From: Girardia tigrina
Taxonomy: Eukaryota
Length of the DNA: 62,594 nt
Assembly (NCBI GenBank): GCA_001938485.1
Contig: MQRK01245013.1
Span: forward strand, 1 to 62,594
Direction of reading: 5' to 3'
The notes under the pieces are model-generated. The model did not search any database. It saw only the letters and a program-made list of their open reading frames with translations, and was not told the DNA's origin. How positions within the stretch are numbered: the stretch's first letter is position 1; each line of letters begins with the position of its first letter. Below are positions 13,060 to 26,888 of the stretch, one piece after another. Made by a program: the position numbers and the translations under genes.

Positions 13060-15459
13060 ATGGTAAAATCTATATAATAGGGATAAAAACAAGACGACGC
13101 GTTTCGAGATAATAATTTTAGCCACAATGTATATATTCTGACGTTAAAATCAATTATTTTTTGAACAACTTGGAAAGAACGAAGGAATTCAAAACAAAAT
13201 GTATTTTGTCGGTGTGCGATTGTTTTGCATTGGTCAAATGTGNNNNNNNNNNNNNNNNNNNNNNNNNNNNNNNNNNNNNNNNNNNNNNNNNNNNNNNNNN
13301 NNNNNNNNNNNNNNNNNNNNNNNNNNNNNNNNNNNNNNNNNNNNNNNNNNNNNNNNNNNNNNNNNNNNNNNNNNNNNNNNNNNNNNNNNNNNNNNNNNNN
13401 NNNNNNNNNNNNNNNNNNNNNNNNNNNNNNNNNNNNNNNNNNNNNNNNNNNNNNNNNNNNNNNNNNNNNNNNNNNNNNNNNNNNNNNNNNNNNNNNNNNN
13501 NNNNNNNNNNNNNNNNNNNNNNNNNNNNNNNNNNNNNNNNNNNNNNNNNNNNNNNNNNNNNNNNNNNNNNNNNNNNNNNNNNNNNNNNNNNNNNNNNNNN
13601 NNNNNNNNNNNNNNNNNNNNNNNNNNNNNNNNNNNNNNNNNNNNNNNNNNNNNNATATATATATATATATATATATTCTAACAAAAAATTATTTAAAATA
13701 TCACTAATAATTAAAATATAATATCATTAATAACAAGATTTTTGATCCAGTAATAAATATCTGAAATTTAATATCAAAATTATTTTTTCTATTATAAGAA
13801 ATGAATTAATTAACACAGAATATTCATTTATTAAATCAAATTAAATATGGTCAAAATATAATTATTTTATATATTATGTAAAAAAATGCGCTCAACATTT
13901 CAAAATCGATTTTATATCTCTTCAAACCAAAAATGGAGGATGATCAAAAATCATTTGTTTAATTATGCAAAAATTATATTTTTTGTAAAAGAAATTTCCC
14001 CAATTTTGTGTCATGGTAGAGAAGGAAATGTTTCCTCAAATATTATACAGTATCAAATTTAAATTAGAAAGATTGTCTGTAAATTAGTTCCTTCATATTA
14101 AAAATCATTCCCTCTTTTAGAACCAATTATTGAGATTTTAATTCTTTTTATGCCACAATGCTGACATGATTGTCAGAATAGGCGCTCCCTGATTTGAGAA
14201 TGTGAGGAATATTTGGAATGTTTATGTTTTGTATTTGAATGTTGTGTGTCGATTTGGGATTGTCTCTCTCCTACGCAGATGGATGATTAATATTTTAAAA
14301 CTTATTATCTGAAACTAATTTATTCACATTTATTTTTAATTTATTATGATTGTACATTTTAAATGATTTCATTAATTTTATTTTTAAATTTGTAAATTTT
14401 TCAATCAAATTGATATTTTTAAATGATTAATAGTAATTTTAATTTTAACTATTAACATTGTTAGTAAATATTTTTAAAAGAATATGTAGGTTCAAGTTAG
14501 TTCAGATTTTTGGATGAAAATTATGAAGCTTTGATCGGTGAATATGAGTGAAAGCTCTTTGTAGATTCTCAGAAAGATAATCCAAATGTAATAAATGTAG
14601 TAATAAATGTGTTAGTTCTATTAACAGAATACATTACTTATTTTATTATTTATAATATCCAATTATTTATTTATTTGATCATTCTCATTCAATATTTAAA
14701 TCAAATATCATTTATCATTAAGCCAAAAATTGAATTGTTTCCGCTTTCAGATATGATCGGCATTTACAAATTTGATAGTTTTTTACTTGGCTTGATCACG
14801 GACACGCAACTTATTTGTATGATGTTTACGGATCATTTGTTAATGTTTGTGAAACGGCATTATTCATTTTATATATCACAAACAATCAATTTTTAACATA
14901 CTTTAAACGTTGAAAATAAATGTACTAAAAAATTTTATTTTACAACTTTCAGTCCTACGATCAAAATGCTCCTAAAATGTTTGTTAAAAAGTAGAATTGC
15001 CTAAATAATCTTGAGTAACCAGTATCGGTGATCAGAGAACGACCCTGTCTAAAAGGAGTCAATCCTTATTATATTTATATACAACAAGGATGCCAATAAA
15101 CAATCTATTTTATGAGCTATTGCGTTGGCTTTCATAATACCAATAGTTCGTATTGTTATCCCACTTGTTTATTCATCATGGTATACTTAACCCTTGGAAA
15201 TATGGTAAGTTTCTGGTAATTTTAAGGTTATTCTAGTCCATTTTTTATGTAAAAACATTCAATAATTTTGATGGGAATGTCCACAAAGGAAGTTCTCGAT
15301 TCTCTATGTCCTTCCTTAGACTATTTTCTAATTCTTTGTGCATCATTTGCTCTAACAAAAATTGAGAGTTTCTGATTTTGCTTGCAAATTTTTTTGCGTA
15401 CATAATAATTTTTACTTTTTTTATATAAACAAATAAACGCCATTTAAAAATATATTTTA

Positions 15460-15500
15460 GGATAATTAATTTTGACGGTTTAACCGTCATCATCAGATCA
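15460..15500 (-). ncRNA. Type I hammerhead ribozyme, mutated (GAAA->AAAA)
   Basis: CTGATGA-T-GACGGT taa ACCGTC-AAAA-TTAA-TT on the minus strand. Confidence 0.7.
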
Positions 15501-16679
15501 CTGATTATGTTCTTTTTTATTGCTTTTATATAAGAAATGAATGATTATGTAATCACTTACGTAAGTCTAATCGAAAACTCTTAACAAATTAGTTGAGAGT
15601 GCTGTTTGAACATTGATTTTAGGATCACATGATCTTATCAACAATGCTTCACATGACGCTCTCTCCTAATAATTTTTAAAATGCTTGCAGAAAATCTTAA
15701 AATCATTTATGCTTATATTACATTTATGCGTTTTTTTATGCTCAGCAATATCACTCTTTCCCCCTTTTTGACTGTGTTCTTGGACTCGTTTGCAGAGATG
15801 ACGGGCAGTCTCTCCTATGTATGTGGCATTGCACCCATTACATGTGTATTGATAAACAATGTCCGAACACAATCCTAAAGGAGTATGTGATTTATTGCAA
15901 ACATATTCTTAACTTTAAATGATTGAGAAATAATTTTTAAATTTAAAATGTTATTTGTTGATTTCATTATAATCTTTACAGTAGAACAGGAAATAAATGG
16001 AAAATTACCATTCCTTGATTTGTTAATTGAAAGGAAAAATGATCATTATGAAACTGAAATATATCGAAAGAAACTGACACTGGTTTGTACACCTCCATAA
16101 ACAGTTTTTGTGAGTTTAAATATAAAAGGAATATGATCAAAGGTTTGTTATACCGCTCTTGGTCTCTTTCTTCCACGTTTTCAAAATCTATTAAAAGTAT
16201 TGATACATTGAGCAAGTTATTGAATAATAACGGTTACTCTAAGTCCATCATAGACAGACTTTAAAGTTGAGAATATGTTTTGCCATAAATCACATACTCC
16301 TTTATGATTGTGTTCGGACATTGTTTATCAATACACATGTAATGGGTGCAATGCCACATACATCGGAGAGACTGTCCGTCATCTCTGCAAACGAGTCGAA
16401 GAACACAGTCAAAAAGGGGGAAAGAGTGATATTGCTGAGCATTAAAAAACGCGTAAATGTAATATGAGCATAAATGATTTTAAGATTTTATGCAAGCATT
16501 TTAAAAATTATTGGGAGAGAGTGTCACGTGAAGCATTGTTGATAAGATCATGTGATCCTAAAATTAATGTTCAAACAGCACTCTCAACTAATTTGTTAAG
16601 AGTTTTCGATTAGACTTACGTAAGTGATTGCATAATCATTCATTTCTTATATAAAAGCAATAAAAAAGAACATAATCAG

Positions 16680-16720
16680 TGATCTGATGATGACGGTTAA
16701 ACCGTCGAAATATATTATCA
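16680..16720 (+). ncRNA. Minimal type I hammerhead ribozyme of the Penelope pLTR
   Basis: TGAT-CTGATGA-T-GACGGT taa ACCGTC-GAAA-TATA-TT-ATCA: intact core, stem I TGAT/ATCA, palindromic stem III region. Confidence 0.85.
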
Positions 16721-18199
16721 TAAAATATATTTTTAAATGGCGTTTATTTGTTTATAATAAAAAATTGCCATCTTTTTTCAAGTTTATTTTTTTATATGTG
16801 ACAGTTTATTAAAGGTTCTTTTGATATATATTTATATGTTGAACGACCAAAGTCATGAAAATGAACTTTAGTCCTCAAAGAATTCGAGTGTTTTTATTGA
16901 TAGATTTACAATTTATCAATTTACAAAAACAAGAAATAATAGATACTTTAGATTTTAATTATTTCCAAAAACAACTTATAACATAATTCTCCAACAGAAT
17001 AGATACAATTTTTTCATAAAATCTATCGCTCCATAATCGGTTGCGAAAATAGTGATACTCAAAGGGTCTTCCTACCAAACATTTGTACATCATTGCTGCA
17101 AACATTGCACTTAAAAATATTCTTCTGGTTAAAAGATTTCAGAAGCCTAAACCTTGTAAAATTCTAATATACAGTGGTTGAACAAAATAATGAAAACAAC
17201 TTTGAAATTATCAATAAAATATATTTTAAAATGGTTTAGGCCCGCCTTTTGCGACAGTCACAGCTTTAATTCTCCGATATATTGATTCATACAAATCTGG
17301 AATTGTTTTCAAAGAAATGATAGTTCATTATAATGTTGTTTACTCTTATTTCTTTCTTTTCTTTTTTTTAGTTCTTAGTCGTACTTTTACATTAAATTTT
17401 CTAAATATAATAATCCACTTCAAATTATTTAAATGTATCCATATTATTATTGTGAGGAATTTTGGTATGATGTGTCGCATGGTGTAAGGTATGTTGTCTC
17501 CCCCAAAAAAAATTCAAAACAATTAATTTTACTTTCAAATGGTTTGAAGAAATCTAATTAAATTCAACAAAAGTCAAATTTATTTAAAATGTATTAAATG
17601 AAACGAAATTAAAGTTTTTTTGAATAAACGAATTTGGCAGTTATTTTACAATATTCGAATTGACAAACGTTTGCATAAACCGAGAGATCCGGATGCAGAA
17701 GAAGATCAAGGATTTTTTTTCCGTGAATAAATCTTTAATAAATGGAGTCCAGTCTTCTTCTAGCAGTTATTACTATTACTAATTGATTTAATTATTTATA
17801 TTTGTTATTTCTGTCAAGTTGTTCAAGACGGTCGGATGAGGCTGTATAAAGTAGGACATTTAAAAAATATTAAACTTCATATTAATTTTAAATGATGACA
17901 CTGTTGCGCAACTTGATCCTGCCGTCGCAATCATGTCGTATTTTTAATTACATCTTATTCTTCTACATCCTACCGTGTGGAGCAACAAATTTAAAATGAA
18001 CAACACGTTTTGTTTTGTAAATTCCGGAAAAAAAGTCAGAATCAAATAAAATCTTTACATAACTTTATTAATTTTGATTTTGAATGATCTTCTTGGGCAC
18101 ATCCCCCACGAGATCGTTGCTAAATATTGGTGAAGGAAGACATATCTACAACTAACATTACGCAACATTTATCCAGTGTATTTTGTAATGCAGTTATGC

Positions 18200-18760
18200 G
18201 CCAAAGTGCCGTCTACAGGTTAGAGCAAAGATTCAAGAATTTTCGACTATAGTTAAAGGATTAAGTCTACAGCGGCGAACTCAAAAGCAATCGAGGAAAT
18301 AATTGACAGTTATCATTAAGAGATAGATTTTCATCTCAAAACTCGGATTAGTGAACACTTACAGTTGAGTAGATTGAGTAAGGTTCTTAATTACTGCATA
18401 CGTTACAAAGATAGAAATTCATCAATTTCAAAAGATTTTTTTATTCATATTATGAGAAGTAATATTGTTAATCATTGCTAATAAAACTATAGCTAATAAT
18501 CCATAATCCATTGATTACCATCCAAAATGGGAAAAGTAAAGCAGCCTCAATATCAAATATATATAAACAAAATTAAAGTTTAAAAATAAAAATTTTAATC
18601 AAAAAATTGTACTTTATTATTATTTTTCTTTAATTAGTTCCCTCATATTATAAAAAATATATGAAATTATTATAATAAAAATTAATTACAACTCTAATAA
18701 AGTTGCTGAAGATGATCAAAGATTGTGATTGAAAAATGTCCAAAGTTAATTTTTAAAGAA
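18200..18760 (+). mobile_element. Penelope-like 3' remnant with hammerhead at 18703-18743
   Basis: GIY-YIG remnant (HLKTRISEH), then TTG-CTGAAGA-T-GATCA..TGATT-GAAA-AATG-TC-CAA. Confidence 0.7.
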
Positions 18761-18827
18761 TGCTTTAACAAAAATATATTCTAAAAATTTCAAAATATTA
18801 TTATACATATAAATATATATATATATA

Positions 18828-19594
18828 TAGACATTGGGGTATGTAAATATGATTTTATTTGAACTTTATAATATGATAGGGACCCTGTTTATATTATAAA
18901 AATAAAAAAAAATAAATAATGATGTAAAATGGTCTATTGTACGCAAATCGCATAAAATTTGTTGTTTTGTGTAAAAATTGTCAAGTGCCCTTATCTTGAT
19001 TAATGTTTTTACAATATCACTCTAACAGAAAATATGGGCTCAAAATAAATCATCTATGTAATATTTTTGTATATTTGTAAAGATTAAGGGAATAAAAATG
19101 AGGAATGCTGTGGGTATAAAATATAATTTCAATTATTACTTTAGTATTTACCGAAATTTAAACTATACTTCAAAGTGTAATAATGATACATAAATACTAA
19201 TTGTACAACGGACCACTTTAATATATCTATTTAAAATGTGTAAATGAGTAGATAAATAAGTATACCCTTCAATTTTATTCGTTAATACAGCAAATATGCG
19301 TAGAAAAACATTTATATACATAAAACATATAACTTATGAGTCAGATCAATTAAAAATCCTAAGATTAACGTTTAATTCCTTAAGTATTTTCCACGAAAAA
19401 CTAATTGAAAAACAACTAAAATAGTTGAGAACATTGGAATTCTTTTTACTTAAAATGTTTAATTTTTGTAGAATTTATTATTTACCAATTTTTTTTATAA
19501 TTTTATACAAAAACATTATTGATTTTGTAAAATTATCAGCATTTTTACTCCGATCTTGCGTATAATATTGGGGCCCGCGTGGCCCCAATGTCTA
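18828..19594. mobile_element. Non-autonomous element with 12-bp inverted termini and a terminal palindrome (MITE or Helentron-associated)
   Basis: TAGACATTGGGG ... CCCCAATGTCTA. The right end lies within the hairpin ATTGGGGCC-cgcgt-GGCCCCAAT. Confidence 0.55.
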
Positions 19595-22398
19595 ATTGTT
19601 AATTAAATATGATTGTGATGAATATCTTAAATTGTATGTGAATGTAGTATGTTGAACCAAGAATGGTGATTCTCCCACTCGGATGGAAATTAGTATCTTT
19701 GTATTTACATATAAGTGATTATTCGAACATAATTAAAATAATAATAACGAAATGATACTAATCTAATAAGTTTGAATTTTTGAATTAACAATTAAAATCA
19801 ATTTTAATATCTCTATTTTTAAAGGTAATTTTTATTGTTTTAACTATTTAAATTGATATATCTTAAAATAATGAAATTTACAATATTTTGATTAAAGACA
19901 ATTTTATAAAATTTAAAAGTAGTTTTTATAACATATTTATGTCTCGAAATTTTTAATAAAATGAAATTTAAATTTAAGATATTTTTACAATTGATAAAAT
20001 ATTTTTTAAATAAATTAAAATAGGAATTTATTTAAAGTTCTTATAATAAAATGGTGTAAAAATAATTTAAACTAAGCTATGAGATTTTAAAAAGAAGCAT
20101 AAAGATTATTAATTTTATTAAATATTTTTGAAGTGAAAAGATAGTAAATATTTTATCACAAGATAAATAAAAATTGTTCGAATAATCATTACTAAAAAGA
20201 CAGAAATAAAATCTAAAGTTGTGATGACTCTAAATATGATGTTAATAAATGTTTTCAAATTAATTTTGTCAGCGTACTTAACAATGATCGTAGAAAGTGT
20301 TTCGATGTTTTTGAATTATAAATTTATAGAAGTTGTTATTCTAAAATATCAAAAAATAATTTAAATAATTTTGGTTAATAAAGGTCATTTGCATTTAATT
20401 AAAGATTTTTTGATTGAAGGGACCTTACTTGGCCCATTTGCATGTTAATTAATGGCTTATCAAAAGAAATATTCACAACTTAGTCGATCGAATACGTATC
20501 CTTTCCCTGATGGCTCAAAGAGTACCTTTGGGGCTAATTTAGGCCATTTCGGGCATCCGAGAAGTTTTTCGGATGAAAGAAGCATCAAACTTATTATGGG
20601 CTACACAAAAAAACGTTTCCACAATCCTTCTCGAAAGTAGCATTCCTTTAAGTATTGGATTTTAAACACAATTGTTACTGAGATATGTTTCAGTAAAGGC
20701 AACTTTTTTGCATTTAAATATAGAGACAGAATTTCCCCTATTTAGATTCCCAGGAATAATACGTGAAAGTATGTCTTACTAGCAAACACAGCGATCCCTG
20801 AGTCAATTGAGTAAGGTTCTTGAACTCAAACACAAAAATTATTCACATTTGTTTACCAGAATATTTTGATGGTCTCAAATATTGTTAAATAATAGGCAGA
20901 AACAAATTTAAATAGAGAAAAGTGTTCACTTAAAAAATTATATATTTATATAAAACGTATTTAAACTGTGGTTCAGAGGTGAATTATTTTAAACAGTAAA
21001 GTGAATATTGGGTGGAAATATTCCATAATCCTTTCAGTCGTCCTTAAATCCCCCAGTTCCTGTTGATTGTATTAATTTGTAGAATAGATTAAGTTTCAAC
21101 ATTTAATTTTTCTTTTTCGTTATCATTTGTTAATTTAAGGACTTTGTGACCCTTCGGTGAAGAAGAAGAGAGAGAGTATTAATTGATGAATCATAAAGAA
21201 GAAGCGATAGAATGATCTCAAGACAACTTATACGATTAACAATATTTTTTGTGGATATAAAATAGAAATTCAAACGCAGCTTCGAAATTTCCGTTGGTGA
21301 CAAATGAAGAGGAAGTGTTCGTATAAGTGTGTTGAAGTAACAGTAAATTGACTAGAGTATCAAGGACGAGACAAGGACACAGCGAACAGTCATTCTTTTG
21401 TCTATCTTCCTCGACTGAACTCTGATCATCAATAAATAATGCATCACTCAACTACAATAAAATATAAAGAAGTCAATTAATAAATGAAGAAACTATTAAA
21501 AACAATGTCTAAAACATTCACGCAGATAATGTTTCTGAAAGGTTGTTTTCTTTAGGAAGGCATTTATTAACCTTTAAGGTATAGAAATAAGGAAATGATT
21601 TTTCGAAAATTATAACTGATTCGAAATACTATTGAACTAAAATTTTAAGATCATTTCTTAAAATTTCCTTTAGGACTCACTGGTACATAAGCTATGAGTA
21701 TACACTTATACGAGTACATATTTTTTTATTGAGTTTTGGTAAGTTGTATGTTGAGAATATGCCCAAATTCTATATATTTTTTAAAATTAAAGTTTTAAAG
21801 AATAAATATGAATGATATAAAAGAAGTCCCCCTTTGACAAGACACCAAAAACCATTGTCCTTTGAAGGGAAGAAAGTATTACTCATAATTGTTACGAAAT
21901 CGCGAAGGAAGTCGTATATGACTGATAAAAGTGTTCCTTTTGTTACGACAAAGTCATAGAAACAGAGATGACGAAACAGAGCTGTACAGTTACTTATATT
22001 TCTGTCCTAAACAATGTCAGTGTCTTATTTTAGTGATAATCAAAGACATCCAAATAATTATTATTTATATTTTTATTATTATATTTATTCATTTATTATG
22101 TTTACAACGCGTTGTTAAAATATCTGTTTCAGTTAGTAAGGGTCACGTTTGACAAAATGGAGCTACAAAGATTTATCAGGAAGTATTGAACACAACTGCT
22201 CATAAGAAGTTCGAGGATACTATAGCAAAATGATACTGCCTGCTGATCAGTGTTTTCAAAAGTTTTGGTATTTCATTACCCTTCCATGATTTTCGTTCCG
22301 CTGCCTACTTCTCGCTAACAATCGCATATTGCTATTACAATGTGCAGATAGAATAAACATTGCTTTTAGACAGTGAGATTTACTTTAATAACAATAAA

Positions 22399-22440
22399 GA
22401 GCCTTAGGCTCAATACCATTCGAAAGAGATGGGAGGCTCA
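22399..22440 (+). mobile_element. Extremely 5'-truncated RTE insertion (terminal ~42 nt only)
   Basis: Matches 813-853 and is flanked by the direct repeat AACAATAAA. Confidence 0.7.
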
Positions 22441-23031
22441 TAAACAATAAAAAATACTTGTTGTCATTTTAGTACATATACAGAATAATAAGTGAAAATA
22501 CAAATCAATATATAATAAAAGGTTGAGAAGTTACCGAGCTTTATGTCTTGCAGAGGATGGAGGGAAGTGGAATGAGACTCGATGTCGGAAGGAGAAGAGC
22601 TGAAGGTGACGGAAGACAATCGAGAAGGAGAAGAAAGAGTTTCGAATTTTAATTTAAACGGTAGAGAATTTTTTAAAAATGTTAAAACAGTGACAAATAT
22701 GTCTTACAAATTTGTAAATATTTTTCAAATTATTTTTTTATTTGTATTTTACCAATCAAACATCGTTAAGCACACACGTGCACACATACACACAAACACA
22801 CATATGTACATGCATACACACACAACGTGACACATTGCAAAGTGCGAACTTTATCTTTGTGATCGACAGCCAATCAAAGTGAAAGCAAATAACAAATTAG
22901 TCAAATAAACACTTTCAAATTAATTTTTAAATTAAATAAAACAAATGAAAATTACGCGAAACTTGAATAAAATAAATAACGATAAATTCGTTTATGTGCA
23001 AGGCGTATTTCCTAGAGAGACCGTCAGCCCA

Positions 23032-23186
23032 ATAAATTATGTCAATGTCTCAGCAACACAATCATAAGATCATAAATTATGTCAATGTCTCAGCAACACA
23101 ATCATAAGATCATAAATTATGTCAATGTCTCAGCAACACAATCATAAGATCATAAATTATGTCAATGTCTCAGCAACACAATCATA
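23032..23186. repeat. 40-bp tandem repeat, about 3.9 identical copies
   Basis: Unit ATAAATTATGTCAATGTCTCAGCAACACAATCATAAGATC. Confidence 0.95.
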
Positions 23187-24879
23187 GAACACAGTGCAAA
23201 ATGTCTTTAGAGAAAGTATTACACGAATCAAACACAACTAACAAAAAGTTCATATTGTTTTTAGGACAGAGAAATAAGTTTTCCTAAATGGAACAAGTGT
23301 CGAAAACAGTCCGCAAATGGAGCAATATCGCGCCATACAACACTGAAACCACACTCCATGAGCCGGTATAATTGGTGACATTTAGATTGTGGTCGTACGA
23401 TTGTGTTCGCACTTGTGTAACGACGTGACGCAACGACCACCGTTATGACAACTATGGCTCCATTTTACACTAGCCTTTCTGATACAATACTCTTTCTAAA
23501 ATGGTCTTCACTGCTAAATCTAATATGCTTTAATGAATTATACTTTTAATTGAATGATAATTGCTATATCACCATGTGTCAATAAAGACGACTGACCTTT
23601 CACCAAAACTAGATTGCTCTGATCTCGAGCACATTCTCGACACTGTTGCACTGTCTAAGAAAACGAGGGGGTCGAGTGCTCATCGGGAGGGCATAATATA
23701 TAATGTCGGTAATTCTCTTCTCTTACAATATGAGAACATAATTTTTACAAAATTTGATGAATTTAGTTCATAATCAAAATAAACAGACATTTGTGAAAAC
23801 TATTATGTAAACCAGGGTTATGGAGGCCGGGTCAGGGTTTGAGTCACTTTTTAACCGCAGTTGAATAAAATTACTTGACTCTGACTTCCTATTAAAAATT
23901 TTATTAATCACATCGTTATTTTGTACCAGTAATTTTAATACATTATCAAAATGATCGCTTGTATTAAGAGCACTAATATGCCTTCCATAATTTTTATTAG
24001 CACAATTTGAATCGCCTTCGGGACAATTGCCAATAGAGCTTGCTCTATTTGTCTTCGTTCTAGATTGGCATTTCAATTTTTCTTGATTATTCCAACGAAA
24101 TTTCTATTATTTTCCGATAAAACGTAATCTTTGAATCTTGCAAAATTTATATATTATATGGAATATATTTAGAATATTTTCGTTAAAGCTTTTATAAAAA
24201 ATTGATTATTGTATATATTTTGGAAATTCATTGTCCATTGTCGGAATACATTGCCATACCATTAATGAAATGCCTAAGATTGTAAAATGTTATTTAATTG
24301 CGATTTTTCAGTAAATATTTTATTTTTCATGATTTTTTTGAATATTAATGTCAAAATATTTTATTTATTTTAATTAAAGATTTTAGGAACTGACAGCCCT
24401 TAGTTTGCCGATTTGAAAATTAATTAATAGGTTGTAGTGTCTTATTAATAATGATTAACAGAAACACCGCTCGTAATGCGAATCAAAAGATTTCTGTAAC
24501 ACAGAAAACTCATCCTTTGAAACAGAAAAGATTCTATCTTTGCAATGTAACCTATGATCAAGTACCTTACTCGATCGATTTGATTGTGAATGCTCAATAA
24601 TCCGAATTTTGAGATGAGGACTTGTCTCTTCAATGTACTAGTTTTTCCATGCGTGACCATTACTACATTCTGGCAAATACTCTTCTTAAATGCTTTAAAA
24701 CCTTCATTGATTTGTGCTCTTCAATGTTTTCTTCCTTTTAAATATTCTAAGAGGACGTTTGAAGGACAAAATATATACAAACAAATAAATAGATCAAAAC
24801 ATTAAGGTGACTGGACAAATTATACACACAATCACGGATTAAAAAAGGACCAACAAATCTATAAAATACCAGATTTTAA

Positions 24880-25400
24880 GGGTTTAACACATGAGCAAAG
24901 AGTATTTGCAAGAATAAAGGAAGTATCAATATAGTTTCAATGGTATCGAAAGTTCAAAGTCTCCTCTTCAATAAATGTAAAGCAACTTGTGGATCGCAAG
25001 TGAATCTGGTTTATAAACTCGATTGTCACGGTGTAAAAACTCGTATATTTGAGACAAATCTTCATCTCAAAATTACAATCATCTCATCATCACAATCAAG
25101 TCGATCGAGTAAGGTTCTTGACCATTGGTTACATTGTAAAAATAGAATCTCTTCTGTTTCAAAGAATGAGTTTTCCACTTTAGATAGATGCCTGAAATCA
25201 ATATTGATAAGATACTAAAATCCATTAATCAATATTCAAAGTCCTCAAAGTGCCATTAACATCCAATGATATCTTGATACTTAATAAATAAAAGTTCTCT
25301 CTTCTCCCATCGGAACCAGCACCCAAATGCTTCACAAATCAATTGCTGATGATGACGTATGAACGGTCGAACAAGTTCAACAATCAATTTCTGAAAGAAG
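24880..25400 (+). mobile_element. Penelope-like GIY-YIG remnant with a degenerate hammerhead (25343-25380)
   Basis: NLVYKLDCHG...ETNLHLK, then TTG-CTGATGA-T-GAC..GTC-GAA-CAAG-TT-CAA. Confidence 0.7.
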
Positions 25401-25624
25401 TTCTAGCTTAGTTAATTCTCATAAATATCAAATTGTCGTTCACAAACTCTAAAATAAAGAATGATTTGTTTGAAATCATTTTATATATTACTATTTGTAT
25501 AACTTTATATTATTTAATTATAAATTTTTGTTTAATAAAAATAAAATTATATTTAATTTATTAGTTATTAATTGGTGATATTTTTTATTCGTGTCAGCAT
25601 GAAGGGAGAGCGATGAGCACTAAC

Positions 25625-25842
25625 CAGAGCAGGTCCCAGGAGCCGACGATGAGGGCGTGCACCCAGGACATGAGCAGATTGCGCCATTTCCACGACTCGT
25701 CGGGTCCCTTGGCCCGGATGACGGGCGGCACGAACCAGAGGCCGATGGCCCTGTTCACCAGATGGAACCACCCGATCACCATGCACATCACGCCCACACC
25801 GCACCGATTGTCCACCCAATACGACTCGCTACCGTCAATCAT
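25625..25842 (-). CDS. TLC-domain protein (TLCD1/2-like), exon 1
   Basis: MIDGSES...WKWRNLLMSWVHALIVGSWDLL matches the TLCD start of the TLC domain (WRWxNxxVSxxHS). Donor gttagt at 25624. Confidence 0.85.
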
Positions 25843-26888
25843 CGATCGATTTCAAAATTATTTTTCAAAGTCGCGTAATTTTTAATCGATTAAAACAAAA
25901 AACGATTTCGCTTAAATTAGATTTTAATCGGCTTATTAATTTTGATTTTGTTTGATCACTTTTTTCAATATTATTTATCGACAAAAAATCGTTTTTTGTT
26001 ATTTTTTCTTTTCATGAAATGATTTATCAACGGAATTATGTGGAGGACGTTAAAATTTCATCTCGCCAAATAATTTATTTAGAAGATTATCAAATTTGTT
26101 ATCATAAAATTAAAAATTCAAAAACAATTTGTAAGTTATACGAAAACTTTCAAATTGAAATTAAAAATTAAGACATGATAATGCAAAATTTTTTAAAGTA
26201 TATATTAAAATTACAAAAAAAGTTAATTTATAATCACACAAAAATGGAAACATGTAAATTCAAAATTTTTAAAAACAAAAATTAAAAAGGTAATTTCAAA
26301 AATCACATAAAATTACAATTTTTTCTAATTCAAAATGTTTATTAAAAGCAAAACAAATTACATGCCATTTTCAGTTTTCGAAGTTTTCATATTATGATAA
26401 ATATTTATCAATATTGTTGAGGGAATATCTCAAATTATATAATTTATATGTATTTGTTGTTTAAATTAATAAATATTGACAAAAATATATAAAATTATAT
26501 TTTTTATATACATAAATAAGGGATTAAAGAGAAGTTTAAATAAATAAAAGAAGAAGGAAAGATAGATATTTATAAGAAAAGAGTAAATTATTTATTTAAA
26601 TTAAAAATAAAATTGATTTTAAAAGAAAGACCTANTATAAAAGGTCATTGTTAATTAAAAAGTTCAGAAGTTAGAAAGAAAAGGTTATTATTCTTAAGAG
26701 TTTAAGTTACAAGAATTTGTTTAAGAGAAAGACTCATTTGAATTTTCGACCAGACGTCGCATAAATTACCTGCTCAAAATTGTATTTAAGTGAGCAATAA
26801 TCAGAGTGATCACAGAGTCATTTTAAATTCACACCGGAAGAGTGCGAGTGGAATCAATTTATCTAACACTGAAATAGTGCAAGATTTA

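Larger units (their letters stand above)
15418..16762. mobile_element. Penelope-like element with inverted duplication of the GIY-YIG/pLTR segment
   Basis: GIY-YIG VYQYTCNGCNATYIGET.RHL appears on both strands (15418-15916 - and 16260-16762 +), flanking an RT C-terminal piece LPFLDLLI..YRKKTDTGLY (15980-16258 +). Confidence 0.92.

Noticed and set aside
23032-23186. CRISPR-like array
   Set aside because: Units are contiguous with no spacers, the DNA is eukaryotic, and there are no cas genes.
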